Shown here: in pieces, positions 1 to 9,005 of the stretch
How the letters are laid out: the number at the start of each line of letters is the position of its first letter
How positions within the stretch are numbered: position 1 is the stretch's first letter
Assembly (NCBI GenBank): GCA_963595425.1
Contig: CAVBHN010000007.1
Location: 22,951-54,950 of the forward strand
DNA length: 32,000 nt
Origin: Faecalibacterium sp. CAG:74
Lineage (GTDB): Bacteria; Bacillota; Clostridia; Lachnospirales; Lachnospiraceae
Direction: 5' to 3'
Notes under the pieces: model-generated
The model's database searches: none
What the model saw: only the letters and a program-made list of their open reading frames with translations
Told to the model about the DNA's origin: nothing
Translations under genes and position numbers: made by a program

Positions 1-836
1 TGTGCAAGCTGTTCACTTGTTGTGATCAAAATAGGCGATGCCATTTGATCATGCTCAGCCTGTGATAACAAATCTGCAGCAATATATCTCGGATTTGCAC
101 TTTCATCGGCAATAACAAGTATCTCACTTGGTCCCGCAATAGAATCGATGCTTACGTTTCCGAATACAGCCTTCTTTGCAAGAGCAACAAATATATTTCC
201 GGGTCCTACTATCTTGTCAGCCTTCGGAATCAGCTCTGTTCCGTATGCAAGAGCTGCAATAGCCTGTGCTCCTCCTACCTTGAATATCCTGTCAGCTCCC
301 GCCTCCTTTGCGGCTACGAGTACAGCCGGATTTACCTTGCCCTCACTATTACATGGAGTAGTCATTATTATTTCGTTTACTCCTGCAACCCTTGCAGGCA
401 CAATATTCATAAGAACCGAAGACGGATAAACTGCCTTTCCGCCCGGAACATATACTCCTACTCTATTCATAGGTGTAATTTTTTGTCCCAAAAAGGTTCC
501 CTTATCCGTAGTGGTAAACCAGCTGTTAAGCTTTTGCTTTTCATGAAATGCTCTGATATTTTCCTTTGCCTTTTTTATGACCTCAAGAAGAGCCGAATCT
601 ATTTTCTCATAGGCTTCCTTTGTTTCTTCTTCTGTGACTGATATATTGTCTTTGTTTAGATCAAATCTGTCAAACTTCTTAGTATAATAAAAAACAGCCT
701 CGTCCTTGTTTTCTTTGACATTATTCAAGATTTCTCTTACATCCGATTCGAAGCTCTGCATATGCTCTGGGCTTCTCTTTATAAGCTCGGATAAAAGCTT
801 TTCCTTATTTTCTTTATTTAATTTTAAAACATTCAT
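1..836 (-). CDS. hisD: Histidinol dehydrogenase, N-terminal ~278 aa. The C-terminus runs off the left edge of the window.
   Basis: Missing from the ORF track because it stays open to the window edge. My reverse-strand translation from the ATG at 836-834 gives MNVLKLNKENKEKLL...RVGVYVPGGKAVYPSSVLMNIVPARVAGV...KVGGAQAIAALAYGTE...KIVGPGNIFVALAKK...IAGPSEILVIADESANP...AADLLSQAEHD. These are typical HisD motifs. The gene lies 18 nt downstream of hisG. Confidence 0.9.
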   Translation of the reverse strand, partial: MNVLKLNKENKEKLLSELIKRSPEHMQSFESDVREILNNVKENKDEAVFYYTKKFDRFDLNKDNISVTEEETKEAYEKIDSALLEVIKKAKENIRAFHEKQKLNSWFTTTDKGTFLGQKITPMNRVGVYVPGGKAVYPSSVLMNIVPARVAGVNEIIMTTPCNSEGKVNPAVLVAAKEAGADRIFKVGGAQAIAALAYGTELIPKADKIVGPGNIFVALAKKAVFGNVSIDSIAGPSEILVIADESANPRYIAADLLSQAEHDQMASPILITTSEQLA

Positions 837-854
837 ATCTTAAGCTTCCTTCTT

Positions 855-1514
855 TCAAACCTTAGCCTTTCTTCTTGCTATAGCCTCTTTTATATCTAAT
901 ATAAGCTTGCCTATGCGCTCGTATTCCATCTTCATGCTTACCGGATTGACAACAACTCTTGCTGACAGCGGAAGAATCTCCTCAAGCACCTCAAGTCCGT
1001 TTTCTCTGAGTGTGCTTCCTGTTTCAACAATATCGACTATTACCTCTGACAATCCGACTATAGGCGCAAGCTCTATAGAGCCATTCATTTTTATTATCTC
1101 AACAGTCTGATTTTTTTTGTTATAAAAATAATCCTTTGCAATTCTTGGATATTTTGTAGCGACTCTTATCAGCTGATTATGATTTAGATACTCTCTTGCA
1201 GAAGCAGGTCCGCAAACACACATACGGCAGGCTCCGAATCCCAGATCCAACACCTCATATATGTTCCTTTCCTCTTCAAGTATCGTATCCTTTCCGACAA
1301 CCCCGATATCGGCTGCACCATATTCAACGAATGTAGGTACGTCCGGTCCCTTTGCCATAAAAACCTTTATTTTATTTTTTTCATCTGTGAAAACAAGCTT
1401 CCTTGTATCTTTATTATCGATTTCCTCACACTTTACGCCTATATCCTCCATAAGCTCCAACGTTTTCCTTGCAAGACGTCCCTTTGTGAGTGCAATTGTT
1501 AAGTATCTCATCAT
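855..1514 (-). CDS. hisG: ATP phosphoribosyltransferase, short (HisG-S) form
   Basis: A 219-aa ORF reading [26 protein letters not shown]...[20 protein letters not shown]...[13 protein letters not shown]. The short form matches the adjacent hisZ. The second ATG at 1511 is spaced better from the AAAGGGG Shine-Dalgarno (SD) sequence. Confidence 0.9.
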   Translation of the reverse strand: MMRYLTIALTKGRLARKTLELMEDIGVKCEEIDNKDTRKLVFTDEKNKIKVFMAKGPDVPTFVEYGAADIGVVGKDTILEEERNIYEVLDLGFGACRMCVCGPASAREYLNHNQLIRVATKYPRIAKDYFYNKKNQTVEIIKMNGSIELAPIVGLSEVIVDIVETGSTLRENGLEVLEEILPLSARVVVNPVSMKMEYERIGKLILDIKEAIARRKAKV

Positions 1515-1530
1515 AACCCCTTTATATCAA

Positions 1531-2739
1531 TTAAAATACAATCTCTTCATTTTTATCATCTTTTAAAACAACAGCCTTTGCATAATGATTGCTTTTTGCA
1601 TAGCTTATAAAATCATCCTGTGTCATTTCGGATGTGACAGCCATACAGGTTACCTTATTTCCATCCGCTCTGCAGCTTTTTGCATACGAAACGGCTTTTT
1701 TTGCTTCATTTTCGCTGTAAATAAGCATAATATGATCCCTGGCGATTTCTTTAGCAAGCCCTTGTCTTTGAAGAGCTGTCAGAATAGAGTCGACAAGTGT
1801 TGTAAAGCCCACGGCTGTGGCATTTTTTCCGAATTTCTCGATAAAGCGATTGTAGCGGCCTCCTTTTATAACAGCATCTCCTGTGCCATATGTTACCGCC
1901 TGCATAATCATTCCCGTATAATATGAATAATCGCTCAGCATGCCCATATCAAAGGTAATATTGTCAATACATCCGTATTCCTTCAAGATCTCATAAACTG
2001 CCTTTAGTCTTCTGATAGCAGAAATTGCATCCTTGTTATCTGTAGATTTTTCGGCTCTGTCAAGTATTGAGACATCACCAAAAAGCTGTGTAAGCTCTAT
2101 AAGTGTTTTCTTTATGTCGTCATTTATATCCTGCTTATCTATAAGCTCTATTGCACCAAATTGATTTCTGCTGCTTAAAAGATGTCTGATCTCGGCTATA
2201 GTTTCATCTTCAAGTCCTGCCTCTTTTGTCAAAGCATTATAATAAGCTACATTTCCTATACTTATCTGGAAGTCCTTTAATCCGGCTGCCTTCATTATTT
2301 CAACACTTAGAGCTATCAGCTCTGCATCTGCCTCAGGTGAATCATAATTTATAAGCTCTACTCCCATTTCGGTGCTCTCATTGAGTCTTCCGCGATAATT
2401 TGTATTGTTTATAAAGACATTTCCCTGATAGCAGAATCTTATTGGAAGCTTTTCATCTTTATAATACATAGTTACCGCTCTTGCTATAGACGGCGTAAAA
2501 TCCGGCCTTAAAACGAGTGTATGACCATCTGCATCTATCATTCTGAAAAGCCTCGAGCCATGCATTGTTCCCTTATCCTCATCAAATACCGGATAATATT
2601 CTATAGTCGGAGTCTGAATATATCTGTAACCGTAGGCAGAAAAAAGCCTTCCGACCTCTTTCATCAAAATATTCTTTCTTTCATATTCATCTCCGAAAAC
2701 ATCTCTTACACCTGCAGGTGTATGTATCAATTGATTCAT
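1531..2739 (-). CDS. hisZ: ATP phosphoribosyltransferase regulatory subunit (HisRS paralogue)
   Basis: HisRS-like sequence: PAGVRDVFGDEYERKN...YRYIQTPTIEYYPVF...LRPDFTPSIAR. The ORF-track start at 2757 is a GTG. The ATG at 2739 (MNQLIHTPAG) follows AAGGAAG by 8 nt and is preferred. Confidence 0.88.
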   Translation of the reverse strand: MNQLIHTPAGVRDVFGDEYERKNILMKEVGRLFSAYGYRYIQTPTIEYYPVFDEDKGTMHGSRLFRMIDADGHTLVLRPDFTPSIARAVTMYYKDEKLPIRFCYQGNVFINNTNYRGRLNESTEMGVELINYDSPEADAELIALSVEIMKAAGLKDFQISIGNVAYYNALTKEAGLEDETIAEIRHLLSSRNQFGAIELIDKQDINDDIKKTLIELTQLFGDVSILDRAEKSTDNKDAISAIRRLKAVYEILKEYGCIDNITFDMGMLSDYSYYTGMIMQAVTYGTGDAVIKGGRYNRFIEKFGKNATAVGFTTLVDSILTALQRQGLAKEIARDHIMLIYSENEAKKAVSYAKSCRADGNKVTCMAVTSEMTQDDFISYAKSNHYAKAVVLKDDKNEEIVF

Positions 2740-2771
2740 AAAAATTACTTCCTTCACTTTAGTCTGCTACC

Positions 2772-2800
2772 ATGCTACCACAATAAAATAATGCATGCAA
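2772..2800 (-). promoter_or_regulatory. Candidate sigma-A promoter for hisZGD
   Basis: The minus strand reads TTGCAT, a 17-nt spacer, then TAGCAT with a TGn extension. It lies in the 52-nt recU-hisZ spacer. The -10 element matches only 4 of 6 positions. Confidence 0.25.
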
Positions 2801-2809
2801 CCTTAAATT

Positions 2810-3349
2810 TCAAATCTGATCTCTTGTGCTTATATCCTTTTGCAGTCCCTCAAGATAAGGAACAAGCACATTTCCGTGTGCTTTGATCATATATTGCTCA
2901 TCCAGCTCATTGAATTTGAAGCGCTTTAATCCGCCGTTATCAGCTCTTTTTACAAATTCCATAAGTCTCCTAAAGGTAAGATAATAAAAGACATCCTCTT
3001 TAATAAAATAAATCAGAAAAAATGCGACACCCTGCTGTCTTTCAAAATCAGACATAAATTTTATCTGATGCTCATGAATATTTGCGAGCGGGAACGTATC
3101 TGTTTTACACTCCTTTGCATCAAAGCATACCGGAATTCCCTGAACAACCCCTATATAATCCACCGTGCTTTTCTTTTCAAAATATGCAAGCGTTATATGA
3201 CCTGTAGTCTTATCGAAGTTCATAGGTGTTATCGGTGTAGGTACCTTTTGAATAAGCGCCAGCTTCATATCTCTGTACTGCTCATTGGTCCGGTTTATCA
3301 TTTCCTCAAGTGTAGAACCTCTTAAGCCTCTTGAATTCCATGTGCTCAT
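2810..3349 (-). CDS. recU: Holliday junction resolvase RecU
   Basis: A 179-aa ORF with RGSTLEEMINRTNEQY, VDYIGVVQGIPVCFDAKECK and HEHQIKFM, typical of Firmicute RecU. Confidence 0.88.
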   Translation of the reverse strand: MSTWNSRGLRGSTLEEMINRTNEQYRDMKLALIQKVPTPITPMNFDKTTGHITLAYFEKKSTVDYIGVVQGIPVCFDAKECKTDTFPLANIHEHQIKFMSDFERQQGVAFFLIYFIKEDVFYYLTFRRLMEFVKRADNGGLKRFKFNELDEQYMIKAHGNVLVPYLEGLQKDISTRDQI

Positions 3350-3351
3350 TG

Positions 3352-3999
3352 TTAATCACCGCTGTAGCTTAAAAATCCGATCTTTGTTATAGGCCAATAT
3401 CTCAGAACGGCCTTACCGACAATTTTATCCCTTGCTACATATTTATTTAGCCAATATCTTGAATCCTTTGAATGATTTCTGTTGTCACCCATCATAAAAT
3501 AGGAATCATCAGGAACCCTGAATACTCCGCTGTAGCTCGTATCCATCTGTTCGGCTGTAAAGCTGTCATCAAGCTTTTTTACACCTTGAAGCATTGTTGG
3601 ATTATTAATAAGCTCCTCATCCGAAATGTCCGTAGTTACAATGCTGCTGTCGGCAACGTAAACATCTCCTCCTGTTATTATGACAGTTTCGTTTGGCAAT
3701 CCGATAATTCTCTTTATAAACAGCTGGCTTTCATCATCCGGATATTTAAAAATCACAATGTCATATCTCTGCGGATCCGAAAACTTATACTGCAGCCTGT
3801 TTCCAAATACCCTGTCTCCTGCCATTATTGTATTTTCCATAGAGCCTGAGGGTATTTCAGCATTTACCAATATAAAATTCATCACGAAAAAGCCTATACC
3901 GATTACTACCGCTATCGTGATGACATAATCAAGTATGACCTTGCCAATGTTTTTTTCCTTTTCTTCTTTATCTTTACACGATCTTTTATAATCAGACAT
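3352..3999 (-). CDS. lepB: Signal peptidase I
   Basis: One N-terminal TM helix followed by the SPase I boxes IPSGSMENT, FIKRIIGLPNE and GDNRNHSKDSRYW. The ORF-track start at 4026 is a TTG. The ATG at 3999 (MSDYKRS) has a GAAGGGA SD and overlaps the upstream gene by only 8 nt. Confidence 0.88.
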   Translation of the reverse strand: MSDYKRSCKDKEEKEKNIGKVILDYVITIAVVIGIGFFVMNFILVNAEIPSGSMENTIMAGDRVFGNRLQYKFSDPQRYDIVIFKYPDDESQLFIKRIIGLPNETVIITGGDVYVADSSIVTTDISDEELINNPTMLQGVKKLDDSFTAEQMDTSYSGVFRVPDDSYFMMGDNRNHSKDSRYWLNKYVARDKIVGKAVLRYWPITKIGFLSYSGD

Positions 4000-4990
4000 A
4001 TATAATATTCCCTTCGAGTATCTCAAGTTCCTTCGGAAGTGCTGCTATGAAGCTTTTTCCCTGTACAGCCTTAAGGTAATCCAGTTTTTTCGGAAAAGTA
4101 ATCCTGTATGCATGGAGAAACTGCCTTTTCAGCCGGTATTTATTGAAATAAAGCTTATTCAGCCTTTTGTCTCCGTATTTTTCATCCCCTATTATCGGAT
4201 GTCCCATGTATGAAAGCTGTGCCCTTATCTGATGTGTCTTTCCGGTTTTAAGATCAACACACAGCAAAGTGTCAGCTCCAAGATAGCCTATAGGCTCAAA
4301 TGACGTTTCTATCCTGTCATAGCCTTCCATTTTGACACTGCTTATCTTAACCGTATTTTCGGAATGATTTTTTCTAAGGAAAGCATTTATATTACATGGC
4401 TTATCCATCCTGTTCTTTACAAGAGCCATATATTCCTTCTTAACGGTTTTATTTTTTATGATCTCGGACAATTCTCTTGCCGCATGCAATGTCTTTGCGC
4501 ACAAAAGCATGCCTGATGTATTTCTGTCCAATCTGTTAACAGCCGATGGCTTATATTTTTTCAAATCCTCGTTCGAAAGCTGCTTTGATTCAAATAAATA
4601 ATTAAGCAGCAGCTCACAGGCTGATATATCCTCAGGTCTGCTCTTTTGCGAGAGCATTCCGGCAGGCTTATTCAATAAGATAATATCCTTATCCTCATAT
4701 ATTATTCCGTTTCTAAACTCGTTTGCGCCTTTATTATCTATCGGCTTTTGTAAGCATGATGAAATGCCATCGCCCATGAATTTTTTTATGGTATCATCCG
4801 AAAAATAAACATCAATCTCATCTCCGATCTTCAAAATAGATCTTCCGTCTGATTTTGAATTGTTCAGCTTAATCTTTTTTTCGCGAAGCATTTTATAAAG
4901 AAAGCCCATGCCGGCATTCGGAAAATATCTTTTCAGGTATTTATCAAGACGCTGTTCACTTGTAGCTGCGTCTATGATTATTTTTTTCAT
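3992..4990 (-). CDS. RluA-family 23S rRNA pseudouridine synthase with an N-terminal S4 domain
   Basis: A 332-aa ORF with an S4-like N-terminus (RLDKYLKRYF...) and the catalytic motif VNRLDRNTSGMLL, followed by GKTHQIRAQL. Confidence 0.85.
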   Translation of the reverse strand: MKKIIIDAATSEQRLDKYLKRYFPNAGMGFLYKMLREKKIKLNNSKSDGRSILKIGDEIDVYFSDDTIKKFMGDGISSCLQKPIDNKGANEFRNGIIYEDKDIILLNKPAGMLSQKSRPEDISACELLLNYLFESKQLSNEDLKKYKPSAVNRLDRNTSGMLLCAKTLHAARELSEIIKNKTVKKEYMALVKNRMDKPCNINAFLRKNHSENTVKISSVKMEGYDRIETSFEPIGYLGADTLLCVDLKTGKTHQIRAQLSYMGHPIIGDEKYGDKRLNKLYFNKYRLKRQFLHAYRITFPKKLDYLKAVQGKSFIAALPKELEILEGNIIYV

Positions 4991-5045
4991 ATATTCAACT
5001 TTCTTTTCTCTTAAGCTTTAGTGTCTGTATATAGCCATAACAAGC

Positions 5046-5074
5046 ATAATAGCAAATATACTATCTTATCTCAA
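5046..5074 (-). promoter_or_regulatory. Candidate sigma-A promoter for the rluA-family/lepB/recU unit
   Basis: The minus strand reads TTGAGA, a 17-nt spacer, then TATTAT with TG at -15/-14. Confidence 0.35.
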
Positions 5075-5079
5075 GTATA

Positions 5080-6462
5080 TCAGTTTTTTCTCCATGAGCT
5101 TTCATATTTATTCTTAAGCATATCACCTGAAAGCTTAGCCCATCCTAATGGATAGCCTTCAACAGTAATAAGTCTCCATGGGAAGCTCTTTTTTGTCTCA
5201 TTTGACAGCTTAAGTGATTCTCCCTTTAAATATTTATCAAGCAGTATATCTGAAGAATCATAATCTATACAATATTCAAAGCCTTCCCTGCCAAGCGCCA
5301 TTGCAAATGCCTGCGACGGCTCAAATCTTTCTGATTTAATATCTCCTATATATAATCCTGTTCTCAAATATCTAAGTGAAGGTATTCTTGAAACATTTTT
5401 ATTCAGATAATATATTCTTTCCTTATCGCTAATAAAGCATCCCTTAGAGAAATCATACTTAACATGAGACAAAAAATCCCTTAATGTCTCCGGAAGCTTC
5501 TTTATTGTCTGCTTATCCCTTTTGTTTGCTTCAAATATTTCTTTATTGACGCTGTTTTTTTTCTTTATAAGGCAGCAAAAATGCCCTTCTCCGTTCATTT
5601 TATGAGGAAAAATCCTTACCGCATCCTCCAAGCCCAGATATCCTTTTGAAAAGCCTTCATATGGACTTATCCCTTCGATACTTAGCTCAGGATGGTTTTC
5701 CAATAATTTTAAAATCTGCATTTCATTTTCTATGAGCGAAAATGTGCAGGTTGAATAAAGCATGTATCCTCCCGGCTTCAGCATTATTGCCGCATCCTCC
5801 AAAAGCTTCTCCTGAATAACAGAATAATACTTTGGACCCTTTTCGATCCATGCAGCAACGCTCTTAGGATCCTTTCTGAACATTCCCTCTCCGGAGCACG
5901 GAGCATCTATAAGTATCTTGTCAAAAAAGCCGGGATAAATACTTGCTAAATGGTCCGGATTCTCGGCTGTAACACAAAAATTATCTATCCCTGCCATTTC
6001 GAGATTTTTAAGAAGTGCCCTTCCTCTTCCGGCACTTATGTCGTTTGCTAAAAGAAAGCCTTCATCTGACAGCATTGAGGCAAGCTGTGTTGCCTTTCCT
6101 CCCGGAGCTGCGCACATATCAAGAACCATATCATCCGGCTCTATCGGTATACTTCTTGCGGGGGTCATTGCAGACGGCTCCTGAATATAAAAAAGTCCGG
6201 CTCTGTAATATGGGTGTGAAGAAGCCGGCTTATTGTCACTTATATAGTATCCGTTTTGAATCCATGGAATTTTCTTAAGCCTGCATTGTTCTGCCAAATC
6301 ACCAAAAGCTGCCAGGCTTTCAAAAGCCTCATTTGAAATCTTTTTGTTATTTACTCTCAAGCCTTGAAAATATTCATCATCAAGTGCACATAAAAGCTGT
6401 GAAAGCTCATCCTCTCCAAGAAGCTCTCTCATGCTGTCCAGATATTCCTGCGGATAATTCAT
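5080..6462 (-). CDS. RsmB/RsmF (NOL1/NOP2/Sun) family rRNA m5C methyltransferase with a C-terminal PUA-like extension
   Basis: A 460-aa ORF with the SAM motif DMCAAPGGKATQLA and the catalytic-cysteine motifs IDAPCSGEGMFRK and YSTCTF. A good SD (AAGAGGAA) precedes the ATG at 6462. Confidence 0.85.
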   Translation of the reverse strand: MNYPQEYLDSMRELLGEDELSQLLCALDDEYFQGLRVNNKKISNEAFESLAAFGDLAEQCRLKKIPWIQNGYYISDNKPASSHPYYRAGLFYIQEPSAMTPARSIPIEPDDMVLDMCAAPGGKATQLASMLSDEGFLLANDISAGRGRALLKNLEMAGIDNFCVTAENPDHLASIYPGFFDKILIDAPCSGEGMFRKDPKSVAAWIEKGPKYYSVIQEKLLEDAAIMLKPGGYMLYSTCTFSLIENEMQILKLLENHPELSIEGISPYEGFSKGYLGLEDAVRIFPHKMNGEGHFCCLIKKKNSVNKEIFEANKRDKQTIKKLPETLRDFLSHVKYDFSKGCFISDKERIYYLNKNVSRIPSLRYLRTGLYIGDIKSERFEPSQAFAMALGREGFEYCIDYDSSDILLDKYLKGESLKLSNETKKSFPWRLITVEGYPLGWAKLSGDMLKNKYESSWRKN

Positions 6463-6512
6463 ACATTCCTCTTTCGCGAAGCATTTATTACTTCATATAT
6501 GGAAGATTTTTT

Positions 6513-6544
6513 CTAACTAAAAGCACCCTTTTGCAAGGGTGCTT
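6513..6544 (-). terminator. Rho-independent terminator after the coiled-coil gene
   Basis: A perfect 10-bp stem (AAGCACCCTT / AAGGGTGCTT) with a 4-nt loop at 6521-6544. On the minus strand it is followed by TTAGTTAG. It lies 15 nt downstream of the stop at 6559. Confidence 0.7.
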
Positions 6545-6558
6545 GAAACCTTTAAATT

Positions 6559-7188
6559 TTATTCGTCATCCTCATCGATATAATCCATATCAATATTCGG
6601 CTCGAATTCCTGAGTATTATCGGAATCCTCCTGCTCTTCAGAATTGATAGTAGGTGAAAGCTCGCTGCGATTGCGGTTTACTACGTCACGGCACTGCTGA
6701 AGAGTATTCAAAAGCTCGGAATTCCTTGCGGAAACGTCTGCTAAGGTATTTCCGATAGTAGAAGATAGATTTGCGAGAATCTCATCTGTATATGAAACTG
6801 CACTCAAACGGATATTGTTGGCATCCTGCTGAGCCGAATCAAGTATCTCCTGTGCCTGCTGATTTGCATTGTTGATAGTATCGCTGGCCTGAATATATGC
6901 CTGCTTCATGATTTCTGTCTGAGAAACCATTTCCTTTGCTTTTTCATTTGCTTCAGCCAATACAGAATCCGCTTTTCCCTGAGCATCTGTAAGAATTGCA
7001 TCTTTATTGCTTATTATCTTCTGATAGCGCTTAATTTCCTCAGGTGTTTTTAAACGAAGCTCACGAAGAAGCTCTTCTAATTCTTCTTTATTAACAACTA
7101 TTTTTGTTGTTGATAAAGGCTGATATTTACAGCCCTCGATAAACTCTTCTATTTCCTCAATTATCTGTTCTATTCTGCTACTGCTCAT
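6559..7188 (-). CDS. Conserved coiled-coil protein with an acidic C-terminal tail. Function unknown. Resembles proteins often annotated as ATPase or V-ATPase subunit H-like.
   Basis: A 209-aa ORF that is heptad-rich and Glu/Gln/Ala/Lys-rich, ending in EEQEDSDNTQEFEPNIDMDYIDEDDE. It has an ATG start and its own terminator. The functional assignment is weak. Confidence 0.6.
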   Translation of the reverse strand: MSSSRIEQIIEEIEEFIEGCKYQPLSTTKIVVNKEELEELLRELRLKTPEEIKRYQKIISNKDAILTDAQGKADSVLAEANEKAKEMVSQTEIMKQAYIQASDTINNANQQAQEILDSAQQDANNIRLSAVSYTDEILANLSSTIGNTLADVSARNSELLNTLQQCRDVVNRNRSELSPTINSEEQEDSDNTQEFEPNIDMDYIDEDDE

Positions 7189-7208
7189 TACTAATCCAGC
7201 CTTTCCCC

Positions 7209-7691
7209 TTAATTAACTGCTAATTTATTTTTTATCCTCTCCACAACCATTTCAGGAACAAATTTGCTTATATCTCCCCCATAAGCCGCTACTTCCTTAA
7301 CTATAGTAGAGCTTAAATATGAATATTCCAATGATGTTGTCAGAAAAAGTGTGTCTATTTTTTCATTTAAAATTCGATTTGTCTGAGCCATCTGAAGCTC
7401 ATATTCGAAGTCGGTTATTGCTCTCAGTCCTCTGAGAAAAACCTGAGCCTTATGCTCCATTGCAAATTCCACAGCTAAGCCGTTAAATGCATAAACCTCT
7501 ATATTTTCAATATCCGAAGTGACTTCACGGATAATATTAACACGTTCTTCAGCTGAAAACAATGGAGTTTTTTCCGAATTATTGAGAACTCCTATTACAA
7601 GCTTATCAAAGGATTTTGCACCTCTTTTTATAACATCCAAGTGACCATTTGTTATCGGGTCAAAGCTACCCGTATAAACAGCTATTGCCAT
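7209..7691 (-). CDS. coaD: Phosphopantetheine adenylyltransferase
   Basis: [24 protein letters not shown]...[12 protein letters not shown]...SSTIVKEV. The ATG at 7691 follows GGGGGA and gives the usual short CoaD N-terminus. The ORF-track start at 7712 adds 7 aa. Confidence 0.92.
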   Translation of the reverse strand: MAIAVYTGSFDPITNGHLDVIKRGAKSFDKLVIGVLNNSEKTPLFSAEERVNIIREVTSDIENIEVYAFNGLAVEFAMEHKAQVFLRGLRAITDFEYELQMAQTNRILNEKIDTLFLTTSLEYSYLSSTIVKEVAAYGGDISKFVPEMVVERIKNKLAVN

Positions 7692-7712
7692 TTTTTCCCC
7701 CAAAGACTGCAT

Positions 7713-8273
7713 TTATATGCATTCTGATTTTTTTAAAAAAATATGTTTGTTGGTCTTATATCTTTTATCCTTTATGATTTCAAGACCAAGCTCACCGACC
7801 CATGAAAGATCAGTCTCAAGTGATGCTTCTATTATATAAAGCGTATCCTGCTTTACAATGCACGAATCCACTATGCTTTCCATAACAACCTGCTCAAGAT
7901 TGTTATTGTATGGCGGGTCCATGAATACTATATCATAAGGTTCATTTTCCGCAAGATAATTTAATAATTTTCTCGCATCTATTTTCAGAATATCAGCCTC
8001 ATTGGTTAATTTTGTTTTTATTAAATTGTCCTTTATGCATGCAAAAGCACGTCTGTCCTGCTCTATAAAGCAGCAATAAGCCGCTCCTCTGCTTAAGGCC
8101 TCTATTCCAATCCCGCCGCTCCCGGCAAAAATATCCAAAAAACGTGCTCCGTTTAAATATGGATTTAACATATTAAAAAGAGTCTCTTTAATCCTGTCGG
8201 TTGTGGGTCTTGTTCCCATTCCCGGAACGGTTTTTAAAGTCAGACTCTTTCTCGTTCCTGCAATTACTCTCAT
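7713..8273 (-). CDS. rsmD: 16S rRNA (guanine966-N2)-methyltransferase
   Basis: MRVIAGTRKSLTLKTVPGMGTRPTTDRIKETLFNML, FAGSGGIGIEALSRGA and the DPPY motif. The rsmD-coaD pairing is conserved. Confidence 0.9.
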   Translation of the reverse strand: MRVIAGTRKSLTLKTVPGMGTRPTTDRIKETLFNMLNPYLNGARFLDIFAGSGGIGIEALSRGAAYCCFIEQDRRAFACIKDNLIKTKLTNEADILKIDARKLLNYLAENEPYDIVFMDPPYNNNLEQVVMESIVDSCIVKQDTLYIIEASLETDLSWVGELGLEIIKDKRYKTNKHIFLKKSECI

Positions 8274-8285
8274 AATATGCCTTTA

Positions 8286-8690
8286 TCAATAATCCTTTTT
8301 AAATTGCTCCCTCCAGTCAAGATCTCCTCTTGAAAGGCTGAGTATTAAAGCTTCTGCTGTTGCAATATTTGTTGCAAGCGGTACGTTGTATAAATCACAG
8401 CTATTGATGATTTTGTATACATCCGGCTCCTTGGCACTTATCATAGATGGATTGTAGAAGAATACGACCAAATCCAAATCCTCTCTTTCGATCATCTCAA
8501 TAAACTGCTTGTCTCCGCCTACATCTCCGGCAAGAAACTTATGTACTCTTAAATATGTAACTTCCTCGATTCTGCGTCCTGTTGTTCCTGTAGCATATAT
8601 CTCATGCTTTGCTAAAATCCCTTTATATGCTATGCAGAAATCCTCCATAAGACTTTTTTTGCTGTTATGAGCTATAAATCCTATATTCAT
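8286..8690 (-). CDS. Methylglyoxal-synthase-like (MGS fold) protein with non-canonical active-site residues
   Basis: A 134-aa ORF that is collinear with MgsA (IAH-, YATGTTG, GGD-Q, EPDV, PLATN). It reads AHNSKK where MgsA has AHD, and AKEPD where MgsA has PHEPD or PHDPD. Confidence 0.8.
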   Translation of the reverse strand: MNIGFIAHNSKKSLMEDFCIAYKGILAKHEIYATGTTGRRIEEVTYLRVHKFLAGDVGGDKQFIEMIEREDLDLVVFFYNPSMISAKEPDVYKIINSCDLYNVPLATNIATAEALILSLSRGDLDWREQFKKDY

Positions 8691-8820
8691 AATTTCCTCT
8701 TTCCCGTAGCATTTACTGCTTCATTAAGGCCGATTGAAAGCTTGTCTTTCAGTCTAAATCCTTCAGCATCATACGTTTTTGTAATTATGTTTTAAAAACA
8801 ATTCTTTATAAACCATTTAA

Positions 8821-8849
8821 AGTGTAGCATAATATACAATTTTAATCAA
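8821..8849 (-). promoter_or_regulatory. Candidate promoter for the MGS-like/rsmD/coaD unit
   Basis: The minus strand reads TTGATT, a 17-nt spacer, then TACACT with a TGn extension. It lies inside the 315-bp AT-rich spacer and would give a leader of about 120 nt. Confidence 0.3.
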
Positions 8850-9005
8850 ACATAAAATACATATCTTTAGCATTTTTTAATAAATAACCAATTAGAAATT
8901 TTTTTTATGAAAATTTATTCTGAATTTTGAATAAAAACAGCATGGTTTTTTTAATCAGATATTTATCCAAGCCTTCGTTAATTTGTTTATTATGACTAAA
9001 TTTTT

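Noticed and set aside
148-429. A 93-aa plus-strand ORF at the left end of the window.
   Set aside because: It is antisense to the clear hisD reading frame and has no motif or RBS support.
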